DNA from: Curvularia clavata
Taxonomy: Eukaryota
DNA: 64,000 nucleotides
Reading direction: 5' to 3'
Assembly (NCBI GenBank): GCA_023920165.1
Contig: CP089275.1
Location: 4,278,001-4,342,000 of the forward strand
The translations under genes were made by a program, and so were the position numbers. The notes under the pieces are model-generated. The model worked only from the letters and a program-made list of their open reading frames with translations. It was not told the DNA's origin and did not search any database. This document shows, piece after piece, positions 1 to 11,394 of this stretch. Position 1 is the first letter of the stretch; each line of letters begins with the position of its first letter.

Positions 1-1710
1 CATGAGCGTCTTGTACACAGCCTCGATATTGCGCAGGGTTTCTTTGCGATCTGCAATGGAAGACTTGTGGTGCTTTGGAAGCTTGTCATTGGTCTCGGGC
101 CGCTTGAGGTTGAGCAGTGGTCGCGGCGTCTTTGAATTGCTGAAAGCAATCTTTCCCAGACTACCTTCGACGACAAGTTGCTTGGCTTTTGGTCGTGCTT
201 TGGCTGCCTCAACTGCACGCTGGATCTGTTGCTCCATGCGCTGCATATGGTTGTCACCTCCACGGCCATGTCGACGGGCTCCAAACCGGTTGTTGGTCTG
301 GAAGAGATAGGTCTGAGCAAACTGGTTTGCTGGCTGCTGGGGGTTGTGGCGTGGAGCACCCCGGATCTGGCTAAAGACTTGGTAGTAGAAGTCCTCGGCA
401 ATGGCAGCTTCAGGGCCTCTTTCTTCAAGGTTCCCAGTCGCGGTCATCAGCTGCTGCAGCTGGATACGAGTGATGAAGTTCTTGTCCTGGGGCGTCATGA
501 GGCCATTATCCTTTGCCAGCAACGCAATCTTGTGGTTTCGTTTCGCCCGTTTTGCGTCTTCCTCGAGGAAAGCAGCGCGCTCAGCCTCGGACAGTTGGAG
601 TAGCTGCTCAGGGTGGGTAATGACCATTCCAGGAAACGAAGGGCCTCTGTTGTGGGCTCCTGGTTGACCACGGTGCGCCAGATGGCCTTGTGGGCCGGGC
701 TGCATGGGCTGGCCCTGACCTGAAAGACGGTTGGGGTTCTGTAGGATTTGTCGCGGCTGTGCGGGTTGACCTTGGATGTGGTTCTGCTGGACGCCAGGCT
801 CGTTTGCATGGGGTCGTTGTCGCTGAAGAATGGTAGGCTGCTGGGGCGACTGAGACAGAACAGGCTGGTCAGGCAACTCGGCACGAAGCTGCTGTTGGTG
901 TCTTTGTGGCATGCCCTGCTGCTGCTGGGGTCTCTGCAGGATCTGCGGTGCCATGTTGCCAGGCATGCCGGGATATTGGGGCTGACCCTGAGAGAACTGA
1001 GGCTGCGGCTGATACTGCTGTTGAGGATAGCCTGGGAAGGCCTGAGACGGTTGCTGCTGGAGCGGAGGAGTAGCTCTGGCCTCATTGTTCAGGGACTGGG
1101 CACGCATCATGGCCTCGACCTCCTCCATGCTCATGACTTTTCTGGTCGGCGCAGCCTGCTGGGCAGCTGCGGGGGGCTGAGGTGAGGGCTGGCGCTGGGC
1201 AGCGGGCTGCTTTGGCTTGAGGCCCCAGATGTCGGCACGCGCCTCGAGCTGAGGGATGTACTCGGGATCCTTGTAGCTCTCATAGCCCGACCGGTTGGGT
1301 TTGGAGGCTTGTGGAATGGGGGGCTTCTGCTGGTACTGCGGCTGCGGCTGCTGCTGCTGCTGCTGTTGGTATTGCTGGTGGTGCTGGGGGACCTTTTGAC
1401 GAGCATGGAAAAGCATCTGCTCCTCCTGGATGGTGCCAGCGACCAGCGATGTCTGGCCGGCAAAGTCAAAGTGCTTGCCCACCGACTGCTGCGTGGCAGG
1501 GCCATCGCCAAAGGTGTCGTCGTTGCGTTCGTCGGCATCGTCATCGAGCTGGTCGCCCAGGCCGTCGTAGGTGTCGTCGAAGTCGATGACATCGTCATCA
1601 GCTGCCCCGCCGCCGAGGGCAGCAAAGGCATCGTGCTGGCCAAAGCCGGGGGCATTGGACGAATGGCCCTGGTCCCGGGGCAGGGTGGTGTCGAAGCCGA
1701 AGAAGGACAT
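1..1710 (-). CDS. PAT1: mRNA decapping activator / P-body protein Pat1 (3' end runs off the window)
   Basis: ATG at 1710 reads MSFFGFDTTLPRDQGH. Acidic N-terminus, P/Q-rich middle and the conserved DNGLMTPQDKNFITRIQLQQL motif near 450-510. The frame appears open to position 1, which would explain its absence from the ORF track. Confidence 0.93.
   Translation of the reverse strand, partial: MSFFGFDTTLPRDQGHSSNAPGFGQHDAFAALGGGAADDDVIDFDDTYDGLGDQLDDDADERNDDTFGDGPATQQSVGKHFDFAGQTSLVAGTIQEEQMLFHARQKVPQHHQQYQQQQQQQPQPQYQQKPPIPQASKPNRSGYESYKDPEYIPQLEARADIWGLKPKQPAAQRQPSPQPPAAAQQAAPTRKVMSMEEVEAMMRAQSLNNEARATPPLQQQPSQAFPGYPQQQYQPQPQFSQGQPQYPGMPGNMAPQILQRPQQQQGMPQRHQQQLRAELPDQPVLSQSPQQPTILQRQRPHANEPGVQQNHIQGQPAQPRQILQNPNRLSGQGQPMQPGPQGHLAHRGQPGAHNRGPSFPGMVITHPEQLLQLSEAERAAFLEEDAKRAKRNHKIALLAKDNGLMTPQDKNFITRIQLQQLMTATGNLEERGPEAAIAEDFYYQVFSQIRGAPRHNPQQPANQFAQTYLFQTNNRFGARRHGRGGDNHMQRMEQQIQRAVEAAKARPKAKQLVVEGSLGKIAFSNSKTPRPLLNLKRPETNDKLPKHHKSSIADRKETLRNIEAVYKTLM
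1348..1368. repeat. (CTG)6-TTG microsatellite encoding a poly-Gln run in Pat1
   Basis: ctgctgctgctgctgctgttg read directly from the sequence. Confidence 0.8.
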
Positions 1711-2414
1711 GGCGGTGCGAATGACTGTGTGCCGTGGCTAGGGGTCGAGGCTATATTCAATGGGCGTCAGTGGTGACGTTGGGCAGAGAAAGAGAGAAGA
1801 CGGCGGGGCGGCAGGGCGGCGGCGGTGGTCGCATGGGCGCAACGAGACAGGCAAGACTGCTGCTACTGCTGCTGAAGGGGCGCCGTGCAAGCGGGCGGGC
1901 GGGTGATGGCAATGGCAATGGCAGCGGGTGGTGATGGTGTTGGTGGTGGTAGTGGTGGTTTGGTGTTGCAGGCGGGTCTGGTGCCACGGCAAACTCCGTC
2001 GGCCCTTGTTCGTGTTCGTATGTGTCGTCGTATGTAATCCCCCCCGGCTGCTCCTCAGCCACAATTGGGTCCCCTACGCCAAACCCTGGGAAGCCGCAAC
2101 ATCTCCTTTTACTTACTTACAGAGTTTCCCTTCCGTCTGCCTTCTTTTCTTCTTGCCCACCCTCTCCCCCACTCCCAAGACAGCCTCATCCCATTGGCCT
2201 CGTCTGTCCTGCTATGCTCATGCGCCCGTCTCGCGCCTAGAGTAGCATTCGCTCGTTCCCCTGCACCACCTCGCCGCCGTCGCCAAAGACGCCACACGCA
2301 TCTCTGACCGCCCGTCTGCTGCAGTATAAAGCAACCTGACCGGGTGGAGCACTGCGACGTCACCAAAAAAGCACCAGCCGTGTCATCCCAAGTCGCTGAG
2401 ACGATCCATCCGCC

Positions 2415-3750
2415 ATGGCAGGCAGCCAGCGCTATCTCCGCTACATTGTCTTCGCCGTCATAGTACGTTGTCCGCTCCCTCACGCGCATCTACCCGACCA
2501 GCCATTGACCCTGTCCAGTCTCTTGTCCTCCTCTACTTCATTGGTTCCTCCTCTTCTGTGCCTGCCGCAAGCTGGCCAGTCTACCAAGATGTCAAGACCC
2601 CTGCCACGCCGCCGGTGCCGGGCGACGCTGTGGTGAACGACGACGAAACCCACATCAAGCCCTCGCCCGTCCCCGAGACCACCCCCAACGAGAAGACCTT
2701 TCCCCCAGCTACCGCTCCCGGCGAACGCATGAACGCAACCTTTGTGACGCTTGCCCGCAACCAGGATGTCTGGGAGATCGCCAAGTCGATCCGCCACGTT
2801 GAAGACCGCTTCAACCGCAAGTTCAACTACGACTGGGTCTTTCTCAACGACGAAGAGTTCGACGACGAGTTCAAGAAAGTCACAACTGCCCTCGTATCCG
2901 GAAAGACAAAGTATGGCAAGATCCCCAAGGAGCACTGGTCCTTCCCCGAGTGGATTGACCAGGACAAGGCCGCAAAGGTCCGCCAGGAGATGAAGGAGAA
3001 GAAGATCATCTACGGAGACTCCGTCAGCTACCGACACATGTGCCGCTACGAGTCGGGCTTCTTCTTCCGCCACCCCTTGATGCTCGAGTACGAGTGGTAC
3101 TGGCGTGTCGAGCCCAGCGTCAAGCTCTTCTGCGACATCAACTACGACACCTTCAAATACATGGCCGACAACAACAAAAAGTACAGTTTCACCCTCAGTC
3201 TGTACGAGTATGTAGAGACCATCCCGACCCTCTGGGACGCCACCAAGAACTTCACCAAGCATTTCCCCCAGCACGTCGCCAAGGACAACTCGATGAAGTT
3301 CCTCAGCGACGACGGCGGTGAGACTTACAACCACTGCCATTTCTGGTCCAACTTTGAGATTGGTAACCTCAACTGGCTCCGGTCCGACGCCTACATTGAC
3401 TTCTTCACCTCGCTCGACCACGCTGGTGGCTTCTTCTACGAGCGCTGGGGTGATGCTCCTGTCCACTCCATTGCTGCCGGTATTCTTCTGCCCAAGGACC
3501 AGATTCACTTCTTCAACGACATTGCCTACTACCATGTTCCCTTCACTCACTGCCCTACCGGCGAGGAATATCGTCTCAAGCACAAGTGCTCATGCAATCC
3601 CAAGGACAACTTTGACTGGAAAGGCTACAGCTGTAAGTTCACCATTGGGTTCTTCAAGACACAAACACTTACAAATTACCAGGTACTTCTCGCTTCTACG
3701 AGCTGAACGGCATGCAAAAGCCAATAGGGTACGAACAGGAGCAGGATTAA
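2415..3750 (+). CDS. KRE2: GT15 alpha-1,2-mannosyltransferase (Kre2/Mnt1/Ktr family), 3 exons
   Basis: Exons 2415-2462, 2519-3632 and 3683-3750, with GTACGT/GTAAGT donors. Type II signal anchor. Motifs [35 protein letters not shown] and [17 protein letters not shown]. Confidence 0.93.
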
Positions 3751-4504
3751 GTGCTCAATCTCACTTTTACCCTTTTGTTAATGTGAATTGCCGTCCGGCT
3801 TTGTTCTTCTCTGCTTTTGGCGCATCCGACCTCTGACGTAGTGTCAAGTGCGCCGCTTTCCTCGTCAGACAAGAGACGACTTGCCATGAAGCTCATCTCC
3901 ATTGTGCTCGTCATTTTGATTCTGGGAACATACATTGCCAGGAGACATCGCACTGCAACATTACGGTCGCCTCAAAATTCGTTACCCAAGGGGTCTTTGT
4001 AGGGAAATTAGTGTGTGAAAAAACACGATTGGATTATGTGTTGGCTTGGCGTTATAATATATATATGCTTTGGTCATTTACCATGAGTCCTGATGGCTTG
4101 TCCAAAATTGCTCCTGGCACGGCTGTTATAACTTTACTTGTATTGTTTATTGTAAACATTAGACTTACTGCTTAGACTAACGATGATGACGTGTCTGTGG
4201 CGTGCAGCCCATGTTCTTGTTATTTGCTGCCATCCTCTCCCACAATCAATAGAACCGGAAAATCAAAATGAGCCACCTACACTGCCAACATGATGAAGAA
4301 TAAAGAGCTATGGTGACTTTGTCTACTTTTAAAAATAGCGTCGACAGTGCTAAGAATATAACAAACAAGTGATCATGGCAACTACAGCTCCTGTCAAAAG
4401 TAGTGATTTCACTAGAATATGAGCTCGTGTTGTGAGCCGCAACTTTCGGCTCCACCAGATATGGGAGAGGCATTTTTTATTTTTTGGTGGGTAATTCTAC
4501 CACA

Positions 4505-5896
4505 CTAGTCGTTGTAGTTTACTATCCCACTACCATCCTTGTTCGCCTTTGGCACTCCGTACTTCTCGCTCAACTCGTCTTCCTGAGACCGACTCTGTGG
4601 ATCAAGATACGGCCGTTCGGCACGCACAGTGCTGCAAAAGTAATGTTAGCAATGATCCCCACCGCCTTTTTTGTTATCCATGGCTATCGACTTACACTCT
4701 GACTGCGTGTCTTCGGTGTGGCGCAAATCCATATGACGCTGAATGATTCTATGCGCTGTTAGTATCATTGTTCTCCCTCGTACTTCACTATACGTACCGT
4801 GACCCTATTATCCCAGAACGCCACATCGCCTTCCCTCCATTGAAACCTTGCCTGAATCTCCGGACTCGTTGCCACAATCTCGTTCAGCAGCCCGATGATA
4901 TGATCAGACTCAGTCTTTGGCACGCCCACAATCTTGGTCACAAAGCCTGGATTGAAAAACAGACTCTTCCAGCCAGTCACGGGATTCGTTCGTACCAGCG
5001 GGTGCTCCGTTGTGACGGGCTCGCGACGCACTGTGCGGCCTAGGTCGCGCGACCCTTGAGCCTGCAGGTCTGCAGAGTGCAGGGCAGTAAGCGATTCGAG
5101 ATATCGCTGCATGTGTGGTGAGAGCATATCATATGCGGCGTACTGAGACGACCAGAGCGTGTCGCCGCCACCGCCCCGGGGTGGACCCGTAAGAACCTTG
5201 AGCGATGTGTATGAGGGAGGTTGGAGTTCGTATGTTACCTATGAACGTGGCGATGATTAGCTTCGGTCTTGCATCAGGGACGTTTGGCAAGATCACGTTA
5301 AAGTAGGAGTAAAAGAGGGATTGACTTACGTCTGAGTGCCACAGGAACGTAGGCGTGAACAACGCCCGCAAATCGGGACTTCCTTCTCCAGTGTATATGA
5401 CGTGTACGTCTTCGAGTCCCTCGCGCTTGGGTACTCCTGTCGTAGCGTGTTTGTGCAACTCGCCGAAGTACTTGCCCAGCTCTCTTTGCTGGTCAATGTC
5501 GAAATTCTTTTGGTCACGGAAGAAGACGACCCCCCGCGTGGCGATCAACCGGGCGAGATCGTTCTTCTGTGCATCGGTGAGTGTGGTCAGATCCACGCCG
5601 TGGATTTCAGTGCCTATTTTGGGGTTGTAATCGAATACATCGGTGGCAGAGGCAAGCAAATGTTTGAAGTTCGGATCACCGAGTTGGCCTTTATCTGTGT
5701 AAGGAATCTCAGTATATGCTGGCCATGTGATGTCGGGAAAGTGAGGCCGCAAGTCTTCGTATGCGTAGTCATCGTCGTGTTGTTTGACCGTTGTTCGCCC
5801 AGGAATGTAATTGTGTACATTTGCAGGCTTTGAGGACGGTACTGGGGTAGATGTGGTGGGTGATTGATATTGCGGTTCAACAAGTCCTGGTGCCAT
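4505..5896 (-). CDS. TauD/TfdA-family Fe(II)/2-oxoglutarate dioxygenase (Jlp1-like sulfonate dioxygenase), 4 exons, 395 aa
   Basis: Exons 5896-5330, 5238-4798, 4748-4696 and 4631-4505. Motifs IGTEIHGVDL, RGVVFFRDQ, WHSD (HxD), GGDTLW, HPLVRTNPVTG and WDNRVTNH (distal His). Confidence 0.92.
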
Positions 5897-6183
5897 GTTT
5901 GTTGCAAGTCTATAAGGTGTGTCTATCGAGTTGAAGACGTTGTAACGTCTTGAAGGGGCTTCGCGATGACTTTCTTCGGTGGAGTGTTGTTCAGAAGTAG
6001 TGGACTTTGCAATAGCAATTGGGCCAGAAAAAAGCAGATATTCGACACAAGGCGGAGGGGTATAGTTTAAGATTGGTATGTGGAAGAGCAGAGGAAGTGA
6101 ATCTGGCAGTTATATCAGGCTCGGTGAGGTGACACAGGAAGGACATGCTGATGTGGAGGATATACGCTGGCCTAACTGAAACG

Positions 6184-6531
6184 ATTGCGCCATCGCACAC
6201 AATCTAATCATCGATCGTGGCCAGGCTAAGTCATACGACGTCAATGACACCATGAGACCGGCGACACTTTGTAACGATGTTTGCTAGAGTGTGCACGAGC
6301 TGGTGTTGAGTTACCAAGACAAATACAAACCTCTTGAGTGACTGAATACAGCAAAGACAGAATACTACAAAGCTCTGTATTTTATCAACCAAACAGTTTC
6401 CATAACAATGTTTCTGCTCAAAACACATAGCCTACTTCGACCACTAGCTGTGGAGCAAAATGCTGAAGTCGGTGTATTATCAGACGCTAGCCTAATATGG
6501 CAGTTATAAGCATGGCACCATATTGCACCAT
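6184..6531. promoter_or_regulatory. Cluster of CYS-3/MetR-type bZIP sites upstream of the TauD gene
   Basis: ATGACACCAT (6244-6253) and ATGGCACCAT (6512-6521) match ATGRYRYCAT exactly. ATTGCGCCAT (6184-6193) and ATTGCACCAT (6522-6531) have one mismatch each. Confidence 0.6.
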
Positions 6532-7047
6532 TTCGCCCTTTGAGCTCAACATCGACCCTGGTATCATGTTCACTCCGGGACACATTTAGACCGCCAACAA
6601 CCACGTTCATTGCTGTTTCTGTTCAAGCGGCAACTTTGTCGTGTGGGGTACGGCGCGGGGACAGAACATGGGAATGGAGTATACAACTGGGCATGCCGCA
6701 TCCTTATAACCGTATTGATTTGTGGAGCCGGATGGCTTAATCGTTGTCCGTAGTCGCAATTTGTAATTTGTACCAGCCGATTCCTAGCCGCAAACCGCGA
6801 TGTTTGACGATTGTCGCTTCCAGCTACTCACACAGCGAAACGCCCCGTTTTGCAATGCTTCTCTTCCATGCTTGGTCGAAAGAATAAACATTCTCGCTCG
6901 AACGCTTTGACACCCAACGCCTGTACCAATCGCAAAATGTAATAATATGACCAAATCGACATGATATCCTGCTCTTCTCACTTCTCAGTTACGTTCTCTG
7001 CCCACGAACATCAAGTCGGCGGACAGTCCTCGCAGAAACATATTCTC

Positions 7048-7344
7048 TCATTCTACTGATCGCCCTGCAATGAAGGGTATTGGGACGCCATTGAGGTTGA
7101 GCCACTGTATCGAGGTTTTGCCCCCTTCACGTTTGGCCTCCGTGCTGGAGGCGCCTTGGCCGCCCAAAGTCTCGGAAGCGGTCTGCTTGCGTCGTCTGAC
7201 TATGCCTTTCTCTTCAAGAATAGGGCTCCAGTACGGATGCGTGCCCTTGTGTATGCGGTAAAGTTCGTAGTTGCCGAAGATGAGCACGAGCGTGGATGTG
7301 ACGGGTATGCGTGAGATATTGTGGAAGATGCGTGTGGAACTCAT
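7048..7344 (-). CDS. Small hypothetical protein (98 aa), possibly membrane-anchored
   Basis: AAA-ATG start context, divergent from PRP22. A short hydrophobic stretch (IPVTSTLVLIFG) is followed by a basic patch. No family recognised. Confidence 0.5.
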   Translation of the reverse strand: MSSTRIFHNISRIPVTSTLVLIFGNYELYRIHKGTHPYWSPILEEKGIVRRRKQTASETLGGQGASSTEAKREGGKTSIQWLNLNGVPIPFIAGRSVE

Positions 7345-7743
7345 TTTCTACGGATTTGTCTGGTGACGACGATGGAGAACAAAGCAATGGGTAGAGGGCT
7401 GGAGACGCTCAGCAACTTTCTGAGGTTGGAGCACCCAAGGGAGGCAAGATGGGGTGATGCGGAGTCTGGCGAGAGCTGAGTGGCTGCCGCGCGGGGACAC
7501 GCTCTAGCGCGATTCGCCGCCGAGCCGCATCAACTTTCTTGACTATGCGACAGCTCCACCCAATCCATTTGCGCAACTTTCCATACGCAACCTCAGCAAG
7601 AGAAAGAAGAAAGGCCATGCTTACCGGAGTTCAGAAGCGGTAGTTCCAACTCAAATTTGCAATACCCAAGTGAACCGCAAGCGCGGCAACGACACCAACA
7701 ACCCGTAGAACAACGCGCCTTGCAAAGAGACCAAGCCACCGCC

Positions 7744-10700
7744 ATGGACGATCTCGAAAACCTCGAGTTCCTGTCTCTCGTTTCCAAAGTCACTTCAGAA
7801 ATACAGAATCACGTCGGCGTCTCGGATAAGACGCTTGCCGAGTTTGTCATCGACCAGCATGCGAATTGCAAAGGTGTCGCCGACTTCAAGAAACAGCTAG
7901 AGGAGGTGGGCGCCGAGTTCCCACAGAGCTTGGTAGAGAGTATCGACCGTTTGATATTGACGCTACATCCCAAATACAAGAACAAGGGTGCAGGCGGAAA
8001 GCAAGGAGACGCAAACGCTGAAGACGGTGGAGATGCTACAAGTCGAAAGACGCGCGTCTTCAAAGGACTGGCAATTCCTGACAAGGAGGTGGAATACGAC
8101 GTACCAGATGAAGAGCCCACAAATGACGCTGCACCGGCAGATGCGCTGGACGATACTTTTGCTATGCTCGAGGGACTGGCAGGGAAGGCACCGGGTAGGC
8201 CCAAGGAGCGCTCGCGGAAGAGAAGCATGAGCCCGTATGATAGTGACGATGATGTCAGTAGGAGCAAGCGATACAGGCGGAAGGATACATCATATTCTCG
8301 GTCACCATCCATGAGTCCGCGCCGAGGGCGGCAGCGGGAGGACAATGATGAGTTGGTCTTCGAAGACGAATTTGGACGTACGCGAACGGTCAAGCCCAGC
8401 AATAAGCAACGAAGTCGCAAGAAGTACCGCGACGAAGATATCGAAGAATTCCGACGGCCACCCACTCCCGAGCTAGACGACGAACCAGTGTTGTACAAGA
8501 TATATGACGGAAAGGTCACAGGTGTCAAAGACTTTGGTTGCTTCGTCAATTTGCAGGGTGTAAGAGGCAAGGTCGATGGACTGGTTCACGTCACTCAGAT
8601 GACGGAGGGGCGAGTCAATCACCCATCGGATCTCGTATCAAGGTGGCAGGAGGTCAAGGTCAAGGTCATCAAGACGGAAAACGGCAGAATATCGCTCTCG
8701 ATGAAAGAAGTGGACCAGCGCACAGGTCGAGATCTTGCACCCGGTAAACGCATAGCGTCTTTTGGGACAGGCGCGAACTCACAAGGTCTTGGGGGCATTC
8801 CAGGCGTGGATAGTGCCGTGCCCGTTGTTGAAGATGGCTACAATAGTCGCAAGAATGGTATGCGGAAGCGGATGACTTCGCCGGAACGGTGGGAGATCAA
8901 GCAACTCATTGCCTCTGGTGTAATACCCAAATCCGACTATCCTGACATCGACGAGGACTTCAATGCCCATATCAACGGCGAGGGCGGTTTCGAAGAGGAA
9001 GAGGATGTGGACATAGAAGTTCGTGAAGAGGAGCCACCCTTCCTTGCTGGTCAGACCAAGCAATCGCTGGAGCTTTCGCCAATTCGCGTTGTCAAAGCAC
9101 CTGACGGCTCGCTCAATCGCGCCGCGATGGCTGGAGACGCTCTAGCTAAGGAACGTCGTGACCTCAAGCAACAAGAAGCCCAGGAGAAGGCGGCCAAAGA
9201 AGCGGCAAATGTCGACTTGAGTAGTCAGTGGAACGACCCCATGGCTGAGAAACGGCAGTTTGCAAGCGATCTTCGCAATACGCGAACCAATGAGCCTAGC
9301 CAGGCACTGCCAGAATGGAAAAAGATTTCCACAAATAGTAGGGAAACGTCCTTCGGCAAACGCACCAATATGAGTATCAAGGAACAGCGAGAGTCGCTGC
9401 CCGTCTTCAAGTTCAGGAAGCAACTCCTGGAGGCCGTTGCAGCCCATCAGATCTTGATTGTGGTCGGTGACACAGGATCCGGAAAGACGACGCAAATGAC
9501 TCAGTATCTGGCCGAAGCTGGCTATGCCAATGAGCTTGTCATCGGCTGTACTCAGCCAAGGCGTGTGGCAGCCATGAGTGTTGCCAAGCGTGTCGCTGAG
9601 GAAGTTGGTTGCACTTTAGGAAACGAAGTTGGCTACACAATCCGATTCGAAGACAAGACCTCACCGGAAACACGTATCAAATACATGACCGACGGTATCC
9701 TGCAACGTGAGATTCTCCTGGATCCCATGTTGTCCAAGTATAGCTGTATCATGCTTGACGAGGCTCACGAGCGTACCATTGCCACGGACGTCCTGTTTGG
9801 GTTGCTCAAGAAGACACTCAAGCGACGGCCTGACATGAAGCTCATCGTTACCAGTGCTACCTTGGATGCCGACAAGTTTTCCGAGTACTTTTACAAGTGT
9901 CCCATCTTTTCCATCCCAGGTCGCACGTTCCCTGTTGAGGTCATGTACAGTCGGGAGCCTGAATCTGATTACCTTGACGCAGCGTTGGTCACAGTCATGC
10001 AGATTCACCTGACAGAGCCGGCGGGTGATATCTTGCTCTTTTTGACAGGAAAAGAAGAAATTGATTCTTCTTGCGAGATTCTGTCGGAGCGCATGAAGGC
10101 TTTGGGTCCAAATGTGCCAGAGTTGATGATTCTGCCCATCTACGGCGCTCTCCCATCGGAAGTCGCATCCCGCATCTTTGAGCCCGCACCCCCAGGCAGC
10201 CGAAAATGTGTTATTGCTACCAATATCGCTGAAACCAGTCTGACAATTGATGGCATCTACTATGTTGTAGACCCAGGTTTCGTCAAGCAGAGTTCTTACG
10301 ACGGAAAGCTAGGAATGGATCGTCTGCAAATCACGCCCATTTCTCAAGCCCAGGCTCGACAAAGAAGTGGAAGAGCCGGAAGAACTGGTCCAGGAAAGTG
10401 TTTCCGTCTGTACACTGAGGCAGCGTTTCAAAACGAGATGCTGCCAACTACTATTCCTGAAATTCAGCGTCAAAACTTGTCAAACACGATTCTGATGCTG
10501 AAAGCCATGGGTATCAACGACCTGCTACATTTCGATTTCATGGATCCACCACCTACAAACACCATGTTGACAGCCCTAGAGGAGCTGTATCAGTTGGGTG
10601 CGTTGGACGATGAAGGGTTGCTCACGCGTCTTGGTCGACAAATGGCCGATTTCCCCATGGACCCCTCGCTCTCCAAGGCATTGATTAAGTCAGTTGAACT

Positions 10701-11394
10701 ACAGTGCTCTGACGAGATTCTTACGATTGTGGCCATGATCAGTGCCACTCAAAATGTCTTCCATCGCCCTCGAGACAAGCAGCAGCAAGCAGATCAAAAG
10801 AAGCAGAAGTTCAATGATCCGTCTGGCGATCACATTACTCTATTGAATGTCTACAACGGCTGGAAACAGGGCGGCTTCAGTACACCATGGTGCCATGAGA
10901 ACTTTGTCATGCCTAAGAACATGCAACGCGTACGTGACGTGCGGAACCAGCTACTACAAATTATGGCACGGCACAAGCATCAGGTCGTGTCGTGTGGTCG
11001 CAACACTATTAAGGTTCGACAGGCACTCTGCTCAGGTTTCTTCCGCAACTCAGCGCGCAAGGATCCGGCCGAGGGCTACAAGACGCTTGTCGAAGGCACA
11101 CCTGTGTACCTGCATCCTTCTTCGGCACTCTTTGGCAAGCCTGCCGAACATGTCATATACCACTCGCTCGTGGAGACGACGAAAGAGTATATGCACTTCT
11201 GTAGTGCCATTGAGCCGAAGTGGCTGGTGGAAGCTGCACCCACTTTCTTCAAGGTTGCGCCGACAGATCGGTTGAGTAAGAGGAAGAAGGCTGAGAGGAT
11301 CCAGCCGCTGCACAACAAGTTTGCAGGCGAGGATGATTGGAGATTGAGCGCTCAGCGAAGAGCAGGACGAGGCGGCGGTGGTACATGGGGTTAA
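7744..11394 (+). CDS. PRP22: Pre-mRNA splicing DEAH-box helicase Prp22/DHX8, single exon
   Basis: ATG at 7744 (MDDLENLEFLSLVSK). RS-like region, S1 domain (YDGKVTGVKDFGCFV), SPERWEIKQL, GDTGSGKTTQ, DEAH, SAT and QRSGRAGR. Confidence 0.97.
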   Translation: MDDLENLEFLSLVSKVTSEIQNHVGVSDKTLAEFVIDQHANCKGVADFKKQLEEVGAEFPQSLVESIDRLILTLHPKYKNKGAGGKQGDANAEDGGDATSRKTRVFKGLAIPDKEVEYDVPDEEPTNDAAPADALDDTFAMLEGLAGKAPGRPKERSRKRSMSPYDSDDDVSRSKRYRRKDTSYSRSPSMSPRRGRQREDNDELVFEDEFGRTRTVKPSNKQRSRKKYRDEDIEEFRRPPTPELDDEPVLYKIYDGKVTGVKDFGCFVNLQGVRGKVDGLVHVTQMTEGRVNHPSDLVSRWQEVKVKVIKTENGRISLSMKEVDQRTGRDLAPGKRIASFGTGANSQGLGGIPGVDSAVPVVEDGYNSRKNGMRKRMTSPERWEIKQLIASGVIPKSDYPDIDEDFNAHINGEGGFEEEEDVDIEVREEEPPFLAGQTKQSLELSPIRVVKAPDGSLNRAAMAGDALAKERRDLKQQEAQEKAAKEAANVDLSSQWNDPMAEKRQFASDLRNTRTNEPSQALPEWKKISTNSRETSFGKRTNMSIKEQRESLPVFKFRKQLLEAVAAHQILIVVGDTGSGKTTQMTQYLAEAGYANELVIGCTQPRRVAAMSVAKRVAEEVGCTLGNEVGYTIRFEDKTSPETRIKYMTDGILQREILLDPMLSKYSCIMLDEAHERTIATDVLFGLLKKTLKRRPDMKLIVTSATLDADKFSEYFYKCPIFSIPGRTFPVEVMYSREPESDYLDAALVTVMQIHLTEPAGDILLFLTGKEEIDSSCEILSERMKALGPNVPELMILPIYGALPSEVASRIFEPAPPGSRKCVIATNIAETSLTIDGIYYVVDPGFVKQSSYDGKLGMDRLQITPISQAQARQRSGRAGRTGPGKCFRLYTEAAFQNEMLPTTIPEIQRQNLSNTILMLKAMGINDLLHFDFMDPPPTNTMLTALEELYQLGALDDEGLLTRLGRQMADFPMDPSLSKALIKSVELQCSDEILTIVAMISATQNVFHRPRDKQQQADQKKQKFNDPSGDHITLLNVYNGWKQGGFSTPWCHENFVMPKNMQRVRDVRNQLLQIMARHKHQVVSCGRNTIKVRQALCSGFFRNSARKDPAEGYKTLVEGTPVYLHPSSALFGKPAEHVIYHSLVETTKEYMHFCSAIEPKWLVEAAPTFFKVAPTDRLSKRKKAERIQPLHNKFAGEDDWRLSAQRRAGRGGGGTWG

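Noticed and set aside
2480..3583. 367-aa antisense ORF over the mannosyltransferase gene; similar ORFs at 13043-14053 and 56050-57060
   Set aside because: Shadow of strong C-ending codon bias in the sense gene. The products are V/E/G/L-rich with no motifs.
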